A stretch of 64,000 nt of DNA from Gemmatimonadota bacterium (lineage in GTDB: Bacteria; Gemmatimonadota; Gemmatimonadetes; Gemmatimonadales; GWC2-71-9), in NCBI GenBank assembly GCA_036679605.1, contig JAZDCZ010000085.1, positions 95,404 to 159,403 of the forward strand. Direction: 5' to 3'. The translations under genes and the position numbers were made by a program. The notes below the pieces were generated by a model. That model saw only the letters and a list, made by a program, of their open reading frames with translations. It did no database searches and had not been told where the DNA came from. The stretch's first letter is position 1, and the number at the start of each line of letters is the position of its first letter. Positions 48,231-56,551 of the stretch are shown here, in pieces.

Positions 48231-50927
48231 TTACCTCCGAAGGGTGGCGTCCAGTTCGGCTAGGAAGTTATGAACGAGCACGAGGTCTACGGACGCCAAC
48301 CCGGAGGTCACCGGAAGCGCAAACAGAAAACGCTGACCGTCCGGCGACACGGCATAATAGTGGTTATCGTCGTTGGCGACCGCCGTTGTCGAAAACAACA
48401 TCCGTGGCGCGCCGACCGAGAACGTTGATGCCGTGTTGACATCCGCAACCATAACTCGCGTGCCCGACCGATAGACGAGCGCTCGCCCGTTGAGTGTCCA
48501 GAGAGGCTCGGTACCGCCGCCGTTCGAAACCTGCCACAAGCCCTCGTCGACGTTTGGGAACGGCTGGACGTACACGTTCTTGCGACCACTTGAATCAGAT
48601 GCGTAGGCCAGCCACTTCCCGTCCGGCGAAATGCGGGGCGACGTCTCCTCGTACTCCGTTGCGACAAGTTCGGTATCGGCGGTATCGCTCCCAGGTCGGA
48701 AGCCCAAGATGTCCCCGCGGCCCGCCGCCTCGTCACCGGTCCGATAGATGATCCACTGTCCGTCAGGCGACCACAGACCCTCCCAAATTGGCCTTTCGCG
48801 ATCCACTACAACCCGAGCACCCCCGCTGCCGTCCGCCCGCTGTACCCAAAGGTCCTGTGAGCCAAGTCGGTTGGAAACGAACATCAGCGAGTCACCGCGA
48901 GGGCTCCATTCGGGCCGAATGTTCTGCGTGCCTTCGAACGTGAGTCGTGAGGCGGCCCGATCAGGAAGCGGTTTCACGTAGATGTCGATTCGGCCGGACT
49001 CGTCGAGCAGATTGTAGGCGACGCGTTGTCCATCGGGCGACAAACTCATCCCACCAGTGGCGATGTACGAAACCCGCCACGTCGTGTCGGGTTCGCTGGT
49101 GGCGCCCATCCAATCGGTCCACACGAATCGCGATTCGAACACCGGTCCGTCGGAGCCCCCCCGGGGCACGTAAAGCACCGTACCGTTCAGCGCGACCTCC
49201 AGATCCGGACGAAACGTGTTAGTACCGAGCCGGACGGGTTCGAGCACGGGAACCGCGTCGCCAGTTATCGCGCGACTCGCGAGATCGAAGGGCGCCGCAA
49301 ACACGTCACCTGCAATCGTCGCATAGACGATGTGTCCTGAGGCCACGTACCACGCTGCGTTGGGTCCGACGAGCAATTCGCGCACTTCACCGGAGGTGAT
49401 GTCGAAGATGTTGAGCTGCGCGCTTTGTAGGTCCTGTGTCTGCGTGGTGAACAGCAGTGCATCCCCGCCGGGTAGGGCCGAGAGGTGGTTGAAGTACCTG
49501 TCGGAGGGGTTTTCGTAGAGGAACTCCGTCGGTCCGCCGCGCGCCGGAACTCGGTACGCGCGGGCTCCATCGAACCCCGTCGCGACGATTGTCTCATTGT
49601 CCAGCCACGTGGCGTCGTACAGCGCCGAATCCGACAGCGTGACCACCGTACCTCCCGAGCGCGCCATGCGCTTCAACCTACCGTCGTCGATGAAGGCGAT
49701 CGACTGCCCGTCGGGAGAAAACCTTGCATAAGGCAGAATCGCAGTGTTCCTTCCCGTCCGCTGTTCGAGGCGAATAGGTTGGCGCTCACCCTGCTCCTTG
49801 AGCCACAATTGCCACTCCCCTCCCTCCCCCGAATCTGGGAACACCACAGCAGACCCGTCCGGGGAAAGTGCTGCGCCATCGACGAAACCCGGCATCCGCT
49901 CCGCGCCGAACCGCGAAAGCAGAATACGCGTGTACGTAGTCGTGAGCTGCCTCTCGTTGCCAGGACGTACGACGGACCAGAGCAAGGCACCGACTACCGC
50001 ACCGGCAACGGCTGTCGCCGCAATCGCTCCCACCCACGACCGCGGCGGCGAGGATTTGGCCACACTTGCATCAATCGTTACGCCGAGGGAGAAGCCTGTG
50101 TTACCCAGTGCCTCGGCAAACTTCGCCGCCGTCTCGAACCGGTCAGCCCCCAACTTCTCGAGCGACTTGGCGAGGGCGGCAGTGACGTGAGGGGGCACCG
50201 ACTTTCGGAGCTTCGTGACCGGGTCCGCAGGTTCGGTCACGATCTTCATGATGATCGCCTGCGCCGACCCACCGATGTGCGGTGGCTCGCCCGCCAGCAT
50301 CTCATACAACACGCTCCCCAACGAGAAAATGTCCGAGCGGTGCGTAATGTCCTTCTCCGCCGTCGCCTGCTCGGGAGACATGTAGTGGGGTGTGCCAAGT
50401 GACAATCCCGTCTCGGTCATCCGTCCACCGGCTGCCGCGCTCACTGCCAACGCTATGCCGAAGTCTGCCACAACCGGGCGGCCGTCGTGCAGCAGGATGT
50501 TCTCCGGCTTGATGTCACGATGGATCACGTTGTGGCGATGCGCGTAGTCGAGTGCGTCAGCCACCTCGGTGGTGATCTTCACCGCTTCCTCGATGCCGAG
50601 TTGGGTTTCGCGGTTGAGTTTGTCCCTGAGTGTCTCGCCGTCGATGAACGGCATTACGTAATAAAGGAAAGAGTCTGCCTCGCCCGAATCGAACAGCGGC
50701 AAAATGTGGGGGTGCTGGAGGTTGGCGGTGGTGGTGATCTCCTGCACGAAGCGTTCGGCCCCAAGAACCGCAGCGAGTTCTGGTCGCAGCACCTTGACCG
50801 CGACCTTGCGCTTGTGCTTCAAGTCCTCGGCGAGGTAGACCGTCGCCATACCACCTTCACCAAGGTGGCGTTCGATCTTGTAGCGGTCCGCGAGGGCGGT
50901 CGAGAGCTTGGACGTGATCTCGGTCAC
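48231..50927 (-). CDS. Ser/Thr protein kinase, TM, TolB/PD40 beta-propeller
   Basis: VAVK, HRDIKPEN, DFG; repeated SPDG blades; GTG start overlaps upstream TGA. Confidence 0.93.
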   Translation of the reverse strand: MTEITSKLSTALADRYKIERHLGEGGMATVYLAEDLKHKRKVAVKVLRPELAAVLGAERFVQEITTTANLQHPHILPLFDSGEADSFLYYVMPFIDGETLRDKLNRETQLGIEEAVKITTEVADALDYAHRHNVIHRDIKPENILLHDGRPVVADFGIALAVSAAAGGRMTETGLSLGTPHYMSPEQATAEKDITHRSDIFSLGSVLYEMLAGEPPHIGGSAQAIIMKIVTEPADPVTKLRKSVPPHVTAALAKSLEKLGADRFETAAKFAEALGNTGFSLGVTIDASVAKSSPPRSWVGAIAATAVAGAVVGALLWSVVRPGNERQLTTTYTRILLSRFGAERMPGFVDGAALSPDGSAVVFPDSGEGGEWQLWLKEQGERQPIRLEQRTGRNTAILPYARFSPDGQSIAFIDDGRLKRMARSGGTVVTLSDSALYDATWLDNETIVATGFDGARAYRVPARGGPTEFLYENPSDRYFNHLSALPGGDALLFTTQTQDLQSAQLNIFDITSGEVRELLVGPNAAWYVASGHIVYATIAGDVFAAPFDLASRAITGDAVPVLEPVRLGTNTFRPDLEVALNGTVLYVPRGGSDGPVFESRFVWTDWMGATSEPDTTWRVSYIATGGMSLSPDGQRVAYNLLDESGRIDIYVKPLPDRAASRLTFEGTQNIRPEWSPRGDSLMFVSNRLGSQDLWVQRADGSGGARVVVDRERPIWEGLWSPDGQWIIYRTGDEAAGRGDILGFRPGSDTADTELVATEYEETSPRISPDGKWLAYASDSSGRKNVYVQPFPNVDEGLWQVSNGGGTEPLWTLNGRALVYRSGTRVMVADVNTASTFSVGAPRMLFSTTAVANDDNHYYAVSPDGQRFLFALPVTSGLASVDLVLVHNFLAELDATLRR

Positions 50928-53581
50928 CGTCCCAACGCCTTCAGTTCCTCGAGCCAATTCACCACCATCATTAGCGTCGAGGTGGAAACTCCACGCTGGA
51001 TCATCACGAAGCGTTGGTCATCGGGCGCAACGTCATACTCACGACTGGTGGGATCCGATTGAAAGCTGGACGCATCAAATAACGGTTGCACGTCCCCAAG
51101 CCGAACGACATCGCTCAGATCCACGCGACGTGAGACGAGTTCCCCTCCTGGAGTTCGGTAGAACAACTCCCGCCCACTATGCGCCCATACGGGTTCGCTT
51201 CCGCCGTCGACCGACACGCGCCACGTGTCCCCGCCTGCGTCGTGGAACTGCGTCACGAAGACCTCATCCTTGCCGAACTCTTCCCTCAACACATACGCCA
51301 CCCACCGGCCGTCCGGAGAGACCGTGGGCGCCCAAAGGACACCGCCGCCTTCAACCACGACGCGCTCCGTCGTGCCGCTGTCAGGATGCCAGGCGCGGAT
51401 ATCCACCTCTCCCACCGCACGCTCGACGTTATAGACGAGCCACCCATCGGACGACCAGATCAACGAACGGGTTCCTTTTGCTGGCGGCACCGAAAACCGT
51501 TCCGCCTGGCCACTCCCATCGGCATTTCGTTGCCACATCGTCGACGGCCATGATTCCTGGGAAATGAACGCGACCTTGCGCCCGTCTGGTCCCCATGCGG
51601 GCGACGTAAACGGTCCTCTTCCGAACGTCAACTGCGACGGCAGCCCGCCGCTCACATCTTTGGTCCACAGAGCGTCGCCTCCTGCGTTCAACACGAACAC
51701 CGCGAGGCGACTTCCGTCAGGCGAGAGGGATGGTTGAAAAAACCAGCCGCCCCATTCCGGATCGATCGGCGTGGCGTCCCCCGCACGATCGACCCAGACC
51801 ACACGACCAGTCTCCTGTTCACTACCGGGTGCATACATCAAGTGCCCGGTGTTAGAAACATCAAACAACGCAGCGCCGGCAAAATTGTCAATTCGTACGT
51901 CCCGTTGCAACACGGTGCCCGGCGCGGCAAACGCCATCGCACGCTCGTCATAGGTGGCTACCATCAGGTCACCGGTGTTGGTCACGTATGCTATGTCACC
52001 GTTCGGTAGGAATCGCCCAGTCACGGCCCGGCCCAACGAACTGACTTCTCCAGTCTCTAAGGACAAGACACCAATCTCCGTCTCATTCACCGACCGGATC
52101 CACAGCTGCATCAACACGTGGACCCCGTTCGGATGCGCATCGGGGTACTCATGGAATGATTCACCGCGACTCGTGTCCGGGATCGATACGATCTCGACGA
52201 CCCCGCCCGTTGAGGGAACACGTGTCAACCGGCGATTCCTCGTCACGTAGAGCCAATCGTCCACACTCCAATCGCCACCCCAGGGCATGACGGAATCCGT
52301 AATCAACGTCTGTATGGATCCACCAGCCACCGGAACCACGCGCAACTGGCGCGAGGCGACGAACGCCACATACTCGCCATCTGGCGAAAAGAAAGGGGCG
52401 ACTCCACCCTCGGTGCCCGGGAGCGGACGACTGGCTGGAGAGTTCAGATCGCGGACCCAGAGTTGCTGAATAGCCGTTTCGGACGTCCCGCGGCCGGGGT
52501 AGACGATTCGGGACCCGTCAGGCGCCAGCGCGAACTGTCGGTTTTGCGTCGAGAACACCCGTTCTTCTTCACCAAAGACAACGCCGACGCGCAAAACGTC
52601 CCGAGGAACGGGCCGCAACCATCCGAAGAGTGCGAGACCGACGGCAGCGAGCGCAAACACGCCGAGCACCACACTCGGACGTTGCCGCACCGCACTCGCC
52701 ACGGCGCCCACCGTCGATTTCGTCCCAGAGGACGCGGGCACCGTGAACGTGGTGTCCCCGAGAGCGTCGGCAAATGCCTCCGCGCTTCCGAACCGATCTG
52801 CAGGAAGTTTCTCCAACGCCTTCGCCGTCGCGGCCGCAACATGCGGAGGAATCGATTTCCGCAGTTCCGTGACCGACCGCGCCTCATCGGTCACGATCTT
52901 CATGATGATTTGTTGCGCTGTGGAGCCGACATGTGGCGGACTACCCGTCAACATCTCGTACAGCACACTGCCAAGCGAATAGATGTCGGAACGGCTCGTG
53001 AGATCCTTCTCGGCCGTCGCCTGCTCCGGACTCATGTAGTGCGGCGTCCCCAATGAGAGCCCAGTCTCAGTCATGCGCCCACCCGCTGCTGCACTTACCG
53101 CGAGCGCAATCCCGAAGTCCGCCACCATCGGGCGCCCCTCGTGGAGTAGGATGTTCTCCGGCTTGATGTCCCGATGGATCACGTTATGGCGATGGGCGTA
53201 GTCGAGGGCGTCCGCTACATCGCGGGTGATCTGCACGGCCTCCTCGATGCCTAGCTGCGTCTCCCTATTTAGCTTGTCGCGCAGCGTCTCACCGTCGATG
53301 TAGGGCATGACGTAGTAAAGGAAAGAGTCCGCTTCGCCCGAATCGAACAGGGGCAGAATGTGCGGGTGTTGGAGATTGGCGGTGGTTGTGATCTCCTGGA
53401 CGAACCGCTCGGCCCCGAGTACCGCCGCGAGTTCGGGGCGCAGTACCTTGACTGCCACCTTGCGCTTGTGCTTGAGATCCTCGGCGAGGTAGACGGTGGC
53501 CATGCCACCTTCACCCAAGTGGCGTTCGATCTTGTAGCGGTCGGCGAGGGCGGTCGAGAGCTTGGACGTGATCTCGGTCAT
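50924..53581 (-). CDS. Ser/Thr protein kinase, TM, TolB/PD40 beta-propeller
   Basis: MTEITSKLSTALADRY start, intact kinase motifs, SPDG repeats. Confidence 0.93.
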   Translation of the reverse strand: MTEITSKLSTALADRYKIERHLGEGGMATVYLAEDLKHKRKVAVKVLRPELAAVLGAERFVQEITTTANLQHPHILPLFDSGEADSFLYYVMPYIDGETLRDKLNRETQLGIEEAVQITRDVADALDYAHRHNVIHRDIKPENILLHEGRPMVADFGIALAVSAAAGGRMTETGLSLGTPHYMSPEQATAEKDLTSRSDIYSLGSVLYEMLTGSPPHVGSTAQQIIMKIVTDEARSVTELRKSIPPHVAAATAKALEKLPADRFGSAEAFADALGDTTFTVPASSGTKSTVGAVASAVRQRPSVVLGVFALAAVGLALFGWLRPVPRDVLRVGVVFGEEERVFSTQNRQFALAPDGSRIVYPGRGTSETAIQQLWVRDLNSPASRPLPGTEGGVAPFFSPDGEYVAFVASRQLRVVPVAGGSIQTLITDSVMPWGGDWSVDDWLYVTRNRRLTRVPSTGGVVEIVSIPDTSRGESFHEYPDAHPNGVHVLMQLWIRSVNETEIGVLSLETGEVSSLGRAVTGRFLPNGDIAYVTNTGDLMVATYDERAMAFAAPGTVLQRDVRIDNFAGAALFDVSNTGHLMYAPGSEQETGRVVWVDRAGDATPIDPEWGGWFFQPSLSPDGSRLAVFVLNAGGDALWTKDVSGGLPSQLTFGRGPFTSPAWGPDGRKVAFISQESWPSTMWQRNADGSGQAERFSVPPAKGTRSLIWSSDGWLVYNVERAVGEVDIRAWHPDSGTTERVVVEGGGVLWAPTVSPDGRWVAYVLREEFGKDEVFVTQFHDAGGDTWRVSVDGGSEPVWAHSGRELFYRTPGGELVSRRVDLSDVVRLGDVQPLFDASSFQSDPTSREYDVAPDDQRFVMIQRGVSTSTLMMVVNWLEELKALGR

Positions 53582-53791
53582 GGGGCAATAAGATGCAGTG
53601 CCGAAGCTCAAGTGGCCAGCGATCAACCCAGCGTACTAGGTCACCCGACTACTCTCTCGTGTGCGTTGAATGTGCACGAACTCCTGTACACTGGTGTCAC
53701 TGAATGACACTGAATTGCCCGCCGAACGGCCCACCAACGCCCGTTTCTGAGTCACAGCTGTACACCTGTACCTGTCAGTACCACCCCGTAG
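53582..53791. repeat. Kinase leader/promoter plus arm segment preceding tRNA fragment
   Basis: Collinear with 43679-43879; TGTGC repeats 53659-53680. Confidence 0.85.
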
Positions 53792-53883
53792 GAGGACTGA
53801 AAATCCTCGTGTCGGTGGTGGACGCCCCCTCCCTGCCACGACCCCGCCCGCGTCTGCTTCGCAATCAATTCCGCCCCTGGCCA
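53792..53883 (+). pseudogene. 3' fragment of tRNA-Phe (att-like) with clean 45-nt T-loop insert
   Basis: GAGGACTGAAAATCCTCGTGTCGGTGGT + insert 53820-53864 + TCAATTCCGCCCCTGGCCA. Confidence 0.9.
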
Positions 53884-53887
53884 TTAC

Positions 53888-53912
53888 AGAAACCCCGTCA
53901 GACGGGGTTTTT
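53888..53912 (+). terminator. Terminator homologous to the tRNA-Phe terminator
   Basis: AAACCCCG-TCAGA-CGGGGTTTTT. Confidence 0.8.
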
Positions 53913-54036
53913 CGTCTCAGTGGCTCCGCTCGAGCGCTTGGGAGATCCTAGGAAACTCTAGCCCTACTTCGGGGTTTCTATTGTCTACCTCTGATCGTGC
54001 GTAGTGTTCAAGGAGGGCTCGAGCCGGTGAGTTGCA

Positions 54037-55266
54037 ATGATTCCCATGAGATTACTTTTTGTCGCCCGGATTGCTCCGGTGTTGCTCTGCATCTCCTGTG
54101 GAGCATCGCCACAGGAGAATAACAGATCTGAAGCGCCGGCACTTCAGGAGCAGATCTCTCTTCCACCGGGGTTTCACCTCGAGGTTTGGGCGGACAACGT
54201 GGTAAGACCCCGATCGCTCGCGCTGGGAGACAGCGGTACGGTGTTCGTTGGCACGTACTTTTTCACCAAGGGTCTCACGAGCCCAGTCTACGCTCTACGT
54301 GATACCGACAACGACAATAAAGCTGACAGAGTATGGGAGATCCGAAACAACTTCGGGACGCCCAATGGCATCGATTTTCATGATGGTACGCTGTACGTGG
54401 TGGATGAGCACCGCGTATTGCGCCTTCCAAACATCGAAACGTCGCTGGACGATCCGGTTTTCGAAGAGATCTACCACGACCTTCCGTCTCGGGCCTCAAC
54501 GGATTCCGCCACGAACGTTGGCCATTGGTGGCGTTATCTGGCTTACGGCCCCGACGACAAACTCTACATTACGGTAGGGACCCGTTGGTCGCTCTTGGCG
54601 GGAGCCCATTCGGCGAACGACATCGATGACGATCCGCAGTACTCGACCATCGTCCGCATGGACCCGGACGGAAGCAACTTTGAAATATTCGCCGACGGTG
54701 TCCGCAACTCTGTGGGACTGGCGTTTCATCCTACGAGTGGCGAGCTGTGGTTCACCGATAACGGACCGAGTTGGCCGTTCGAGGATTCACGATTTTACGA
54801 CATACCGGCTGACGAGCTGAACCGCGCGCCGGAGCTAGGGCTACACTTTGGTTTTCCTTATATCCACGGCGACCTACCCGATTGGGTCAGCGGAAGCTCA
54901 GCACCCGACGGTACGATTCCGCCAGCTTACGGTTTCCTCGCCCACTCCGCCACACTTGGCTTGGAATTCTACACTAACACGACGTTTCCGCCGGAGTATC
55001 ACAACCAAATTTTCGTGGCGGAACACGGGACGGAACCGACCACACCCGCGCCACTGGCAAAACTCCATGGAGACCGCATCTCCGTAATCAAGCTCGATGA
55101 CGCCGGCAACGTTGTGAGTTACGAAGTCTTTGCCGATGGATTCAGGCTTGGCTCGAATAGCGATTACACACGCCGCCCTGTTGACCTACTGGTAATGCCG
55201 GACGGTTCCCTGTTGGTATCCGACGATCAGGCGTGGGTCATTTACAGGATTTGGTACGGCGGTTAG
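54037..55266 (+). CDS. PQQ-dependent sugar/sorbosone dehydrogenase-family lipoprotein
   Basis: LPPGFHLEVWA, GPDDKLYI, GVRNSVG, LWFTDNG, RPVD...PDGSLLVSDD. Confidence 0.9.
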   Translation: MIPMRLLFVARIAPVLLCISCGASPQENNRSEAPALQEQISLPPGFHLEVWADNVVRPRSLALGDSGTVFVGTYFFTKGLTSPVYALRDTDNDNKADRVWEIRNNFGTPNGIDFHDGTLYVVDEHRVLRLPNIETSLDDPVFEEIYHDLPSRASTDSATNVGHWWRYLAYGPDDKLYITVGTRWSLLAGAHSANDIDDDPQYSTIVRMDPDGSNFEIFADGVRNSVGLAFHPTSGELWFTDNGPSWPFEDSRFYDIPADELNRAPELGLHFGFPYIHGDLPDWVSGSSAPDGTIPPAYGFLAHSATLGLEFYTNTTFPPEYHNQIFVAEHGTEPTTPAPLAKLHGDRISVIKLDDAGNVVSYEVFADGFRLGSNSDYTRRPVDLLVMPDGSLLVSDDQAWVIYRIWYGG

Positions 55267-56072
55267 AGAGGATCCCGAGTCTGCTTATGATGCACAGCCG
55301 TGCGCGGCGGCGCCCCCGGCCCTTCATCATTCGACTCATCCCTATCCGGATCGTCGGAGCCCTCATCCCGGAGAAGCGCGATTCCAGACCCGATCAGCGG
55401 GACGAGAAACAGCACGTCCGTGACGAGCATGCTCGGCAAATTGAGGTGTCGCGCCACCTGGGGCGGGACGAACATCAGGAGCAAGAGCGCGGCCACGGCG
55501 AGAAGCACCACGCCCGTCCGTCGACGAGGCCATCGCCCGGCTAACCGCGCGAGTAAGAGGAACGGCGCGACGACAATGGAGCCCATGAGCGACCCCAGCA
55601 GAACCTCCGCCGCATTCTCTGACTCGCCGATGACGTCTTCGATGACGAAAACGGCCCAGAACGCACCGAATGTGAACAAGACCCGCGACGCCGTCTTTCG
55701 TGCCCCCCAATAGGCCAGTAGTCCGCTGAATAGCCACGTCATCCACAGGACGACCAGGATGAGCGTGATCCATTCGGCGCCGTCTTGGTTCGCGTCGCGC
55801 CACCTCAGCCCGGACACAGCGAAGACCGCCGCGAGACCTCCGATCAAGTAGGCATGGTATCCTGCCCGGTGCGCCGCTTGCCGTTGGAACTCGTCGTGAT
55901 CCTTGAGCCAGCCCAGTTCGCGGAGGATGCCCGGCCCGAACGCGCCTAGCCCCGCCACCACCAGCAGGCCCTCAGCAACGAACATCGAGCCTAGCACCCC
56001 GAGGATCACGAGCCCGCCGGCGATCAGTCCGGGAAGTGGAGGTAATCGTCTTCCCTCAGTGTGCTCAGCCAT
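55263..56072 (-). CDS. Hypothetical multi-pass membrane protein
   Basis: About 8 hydrophobic segments, DEFQR motif; coupled to upstream HTH gene. Confidence 0.8.
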   Translation of the reverse strand: MAEHTEGRRLPPLPGLIAGGLVILGVLGSMFVAEGLLVVAGLGAFGPGILRELGWLKDHDEFQRQAAHRAGYHAYLIGGLAAVFAVSGLRWRDANQDGAEWITLILVVLWMTWLFSGLLAYWGARKTASRVLFTFGAFWAVFVIEDVIGESENAAEVLLGSLMGSIVVAPFLLLARLAGRWPRRRTGVVLLAVAALLLLMFVPPQVARHLNLPSMLVTDVLFLVPLIGSGIALLRDEGSDDPDRDESNDEGPGAPPRTAVHHKQTRDPL

Positions 56073-56295
56073 GGTGTTCCTCCCCTTCGATTTCAAACAA
56101 CACCTCCACGGCGACGCCGAACGTTCCGGCGAGCCGTAACGCTAGGCCAACGGAAGGATTGTACCGGCCCCCCTCGATGGAGAGGATCGTCTGCCGCGTG
56201 ACACCGACCCGATCTGCCAGCTCCTGCTGGGTCATGTCGTGGAGTTGGCGTCGGTGACGCCGCACATGATTCCGGACCTCTTGCTGCGGCCTCAT
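56065..56295 (-). CDS. XRE-family HTH regulator
   Basis: [28 protein letters not shown]. Confidence 0.93.
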   Translation of the reverse strand: MRPQQEVRNHVRRHRRQLHDMTQQELADRVGVTRQTILSIEGGRYNPSVGLALRLAGTFGVAVEVLFEIEGEEHHG

Positions 56296-56301
56296 ACGGA
56301 T

Positions 56302-56342
56302 ATGTATAGAGGACTGTACATAATGTCAAGTATACTAGACAT
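56302..56342. promoter_or_regulatory. Tandem palindromic operators overlapping the XRE gene promoter
   Basis: ATGTATAGAGGACTGTACAT and ATGTCAAGTATACTAGACAT; TTGACA on minus strand. Confidence 0.65.
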
Positions 56343-56551
56343 AAAGAGTCGTTGGAAACCCAAGATCGAAGAGTTGTTTGACGTGCGACCCAGTCGTTTC
56401 CCGTGCGGCTTAAAGCGTTTGCAGGTTAAATCGCGCGGCCCCTGGGATCACTCCCAGCGTGAACTCCAAGGGACCACCAATCACCTGGGCACAGCTAACC
56501 CATTGTTACCTATTGACTTACATGCCACTTGTGGCCATCGAGCCCCTGGGG

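Noticed and set aside
53826..53849. G-quadruplex in the minus strand of the insert
   Set aside because: Four G3+ runs occur in only one of three copies, so it is not a conserved feature.
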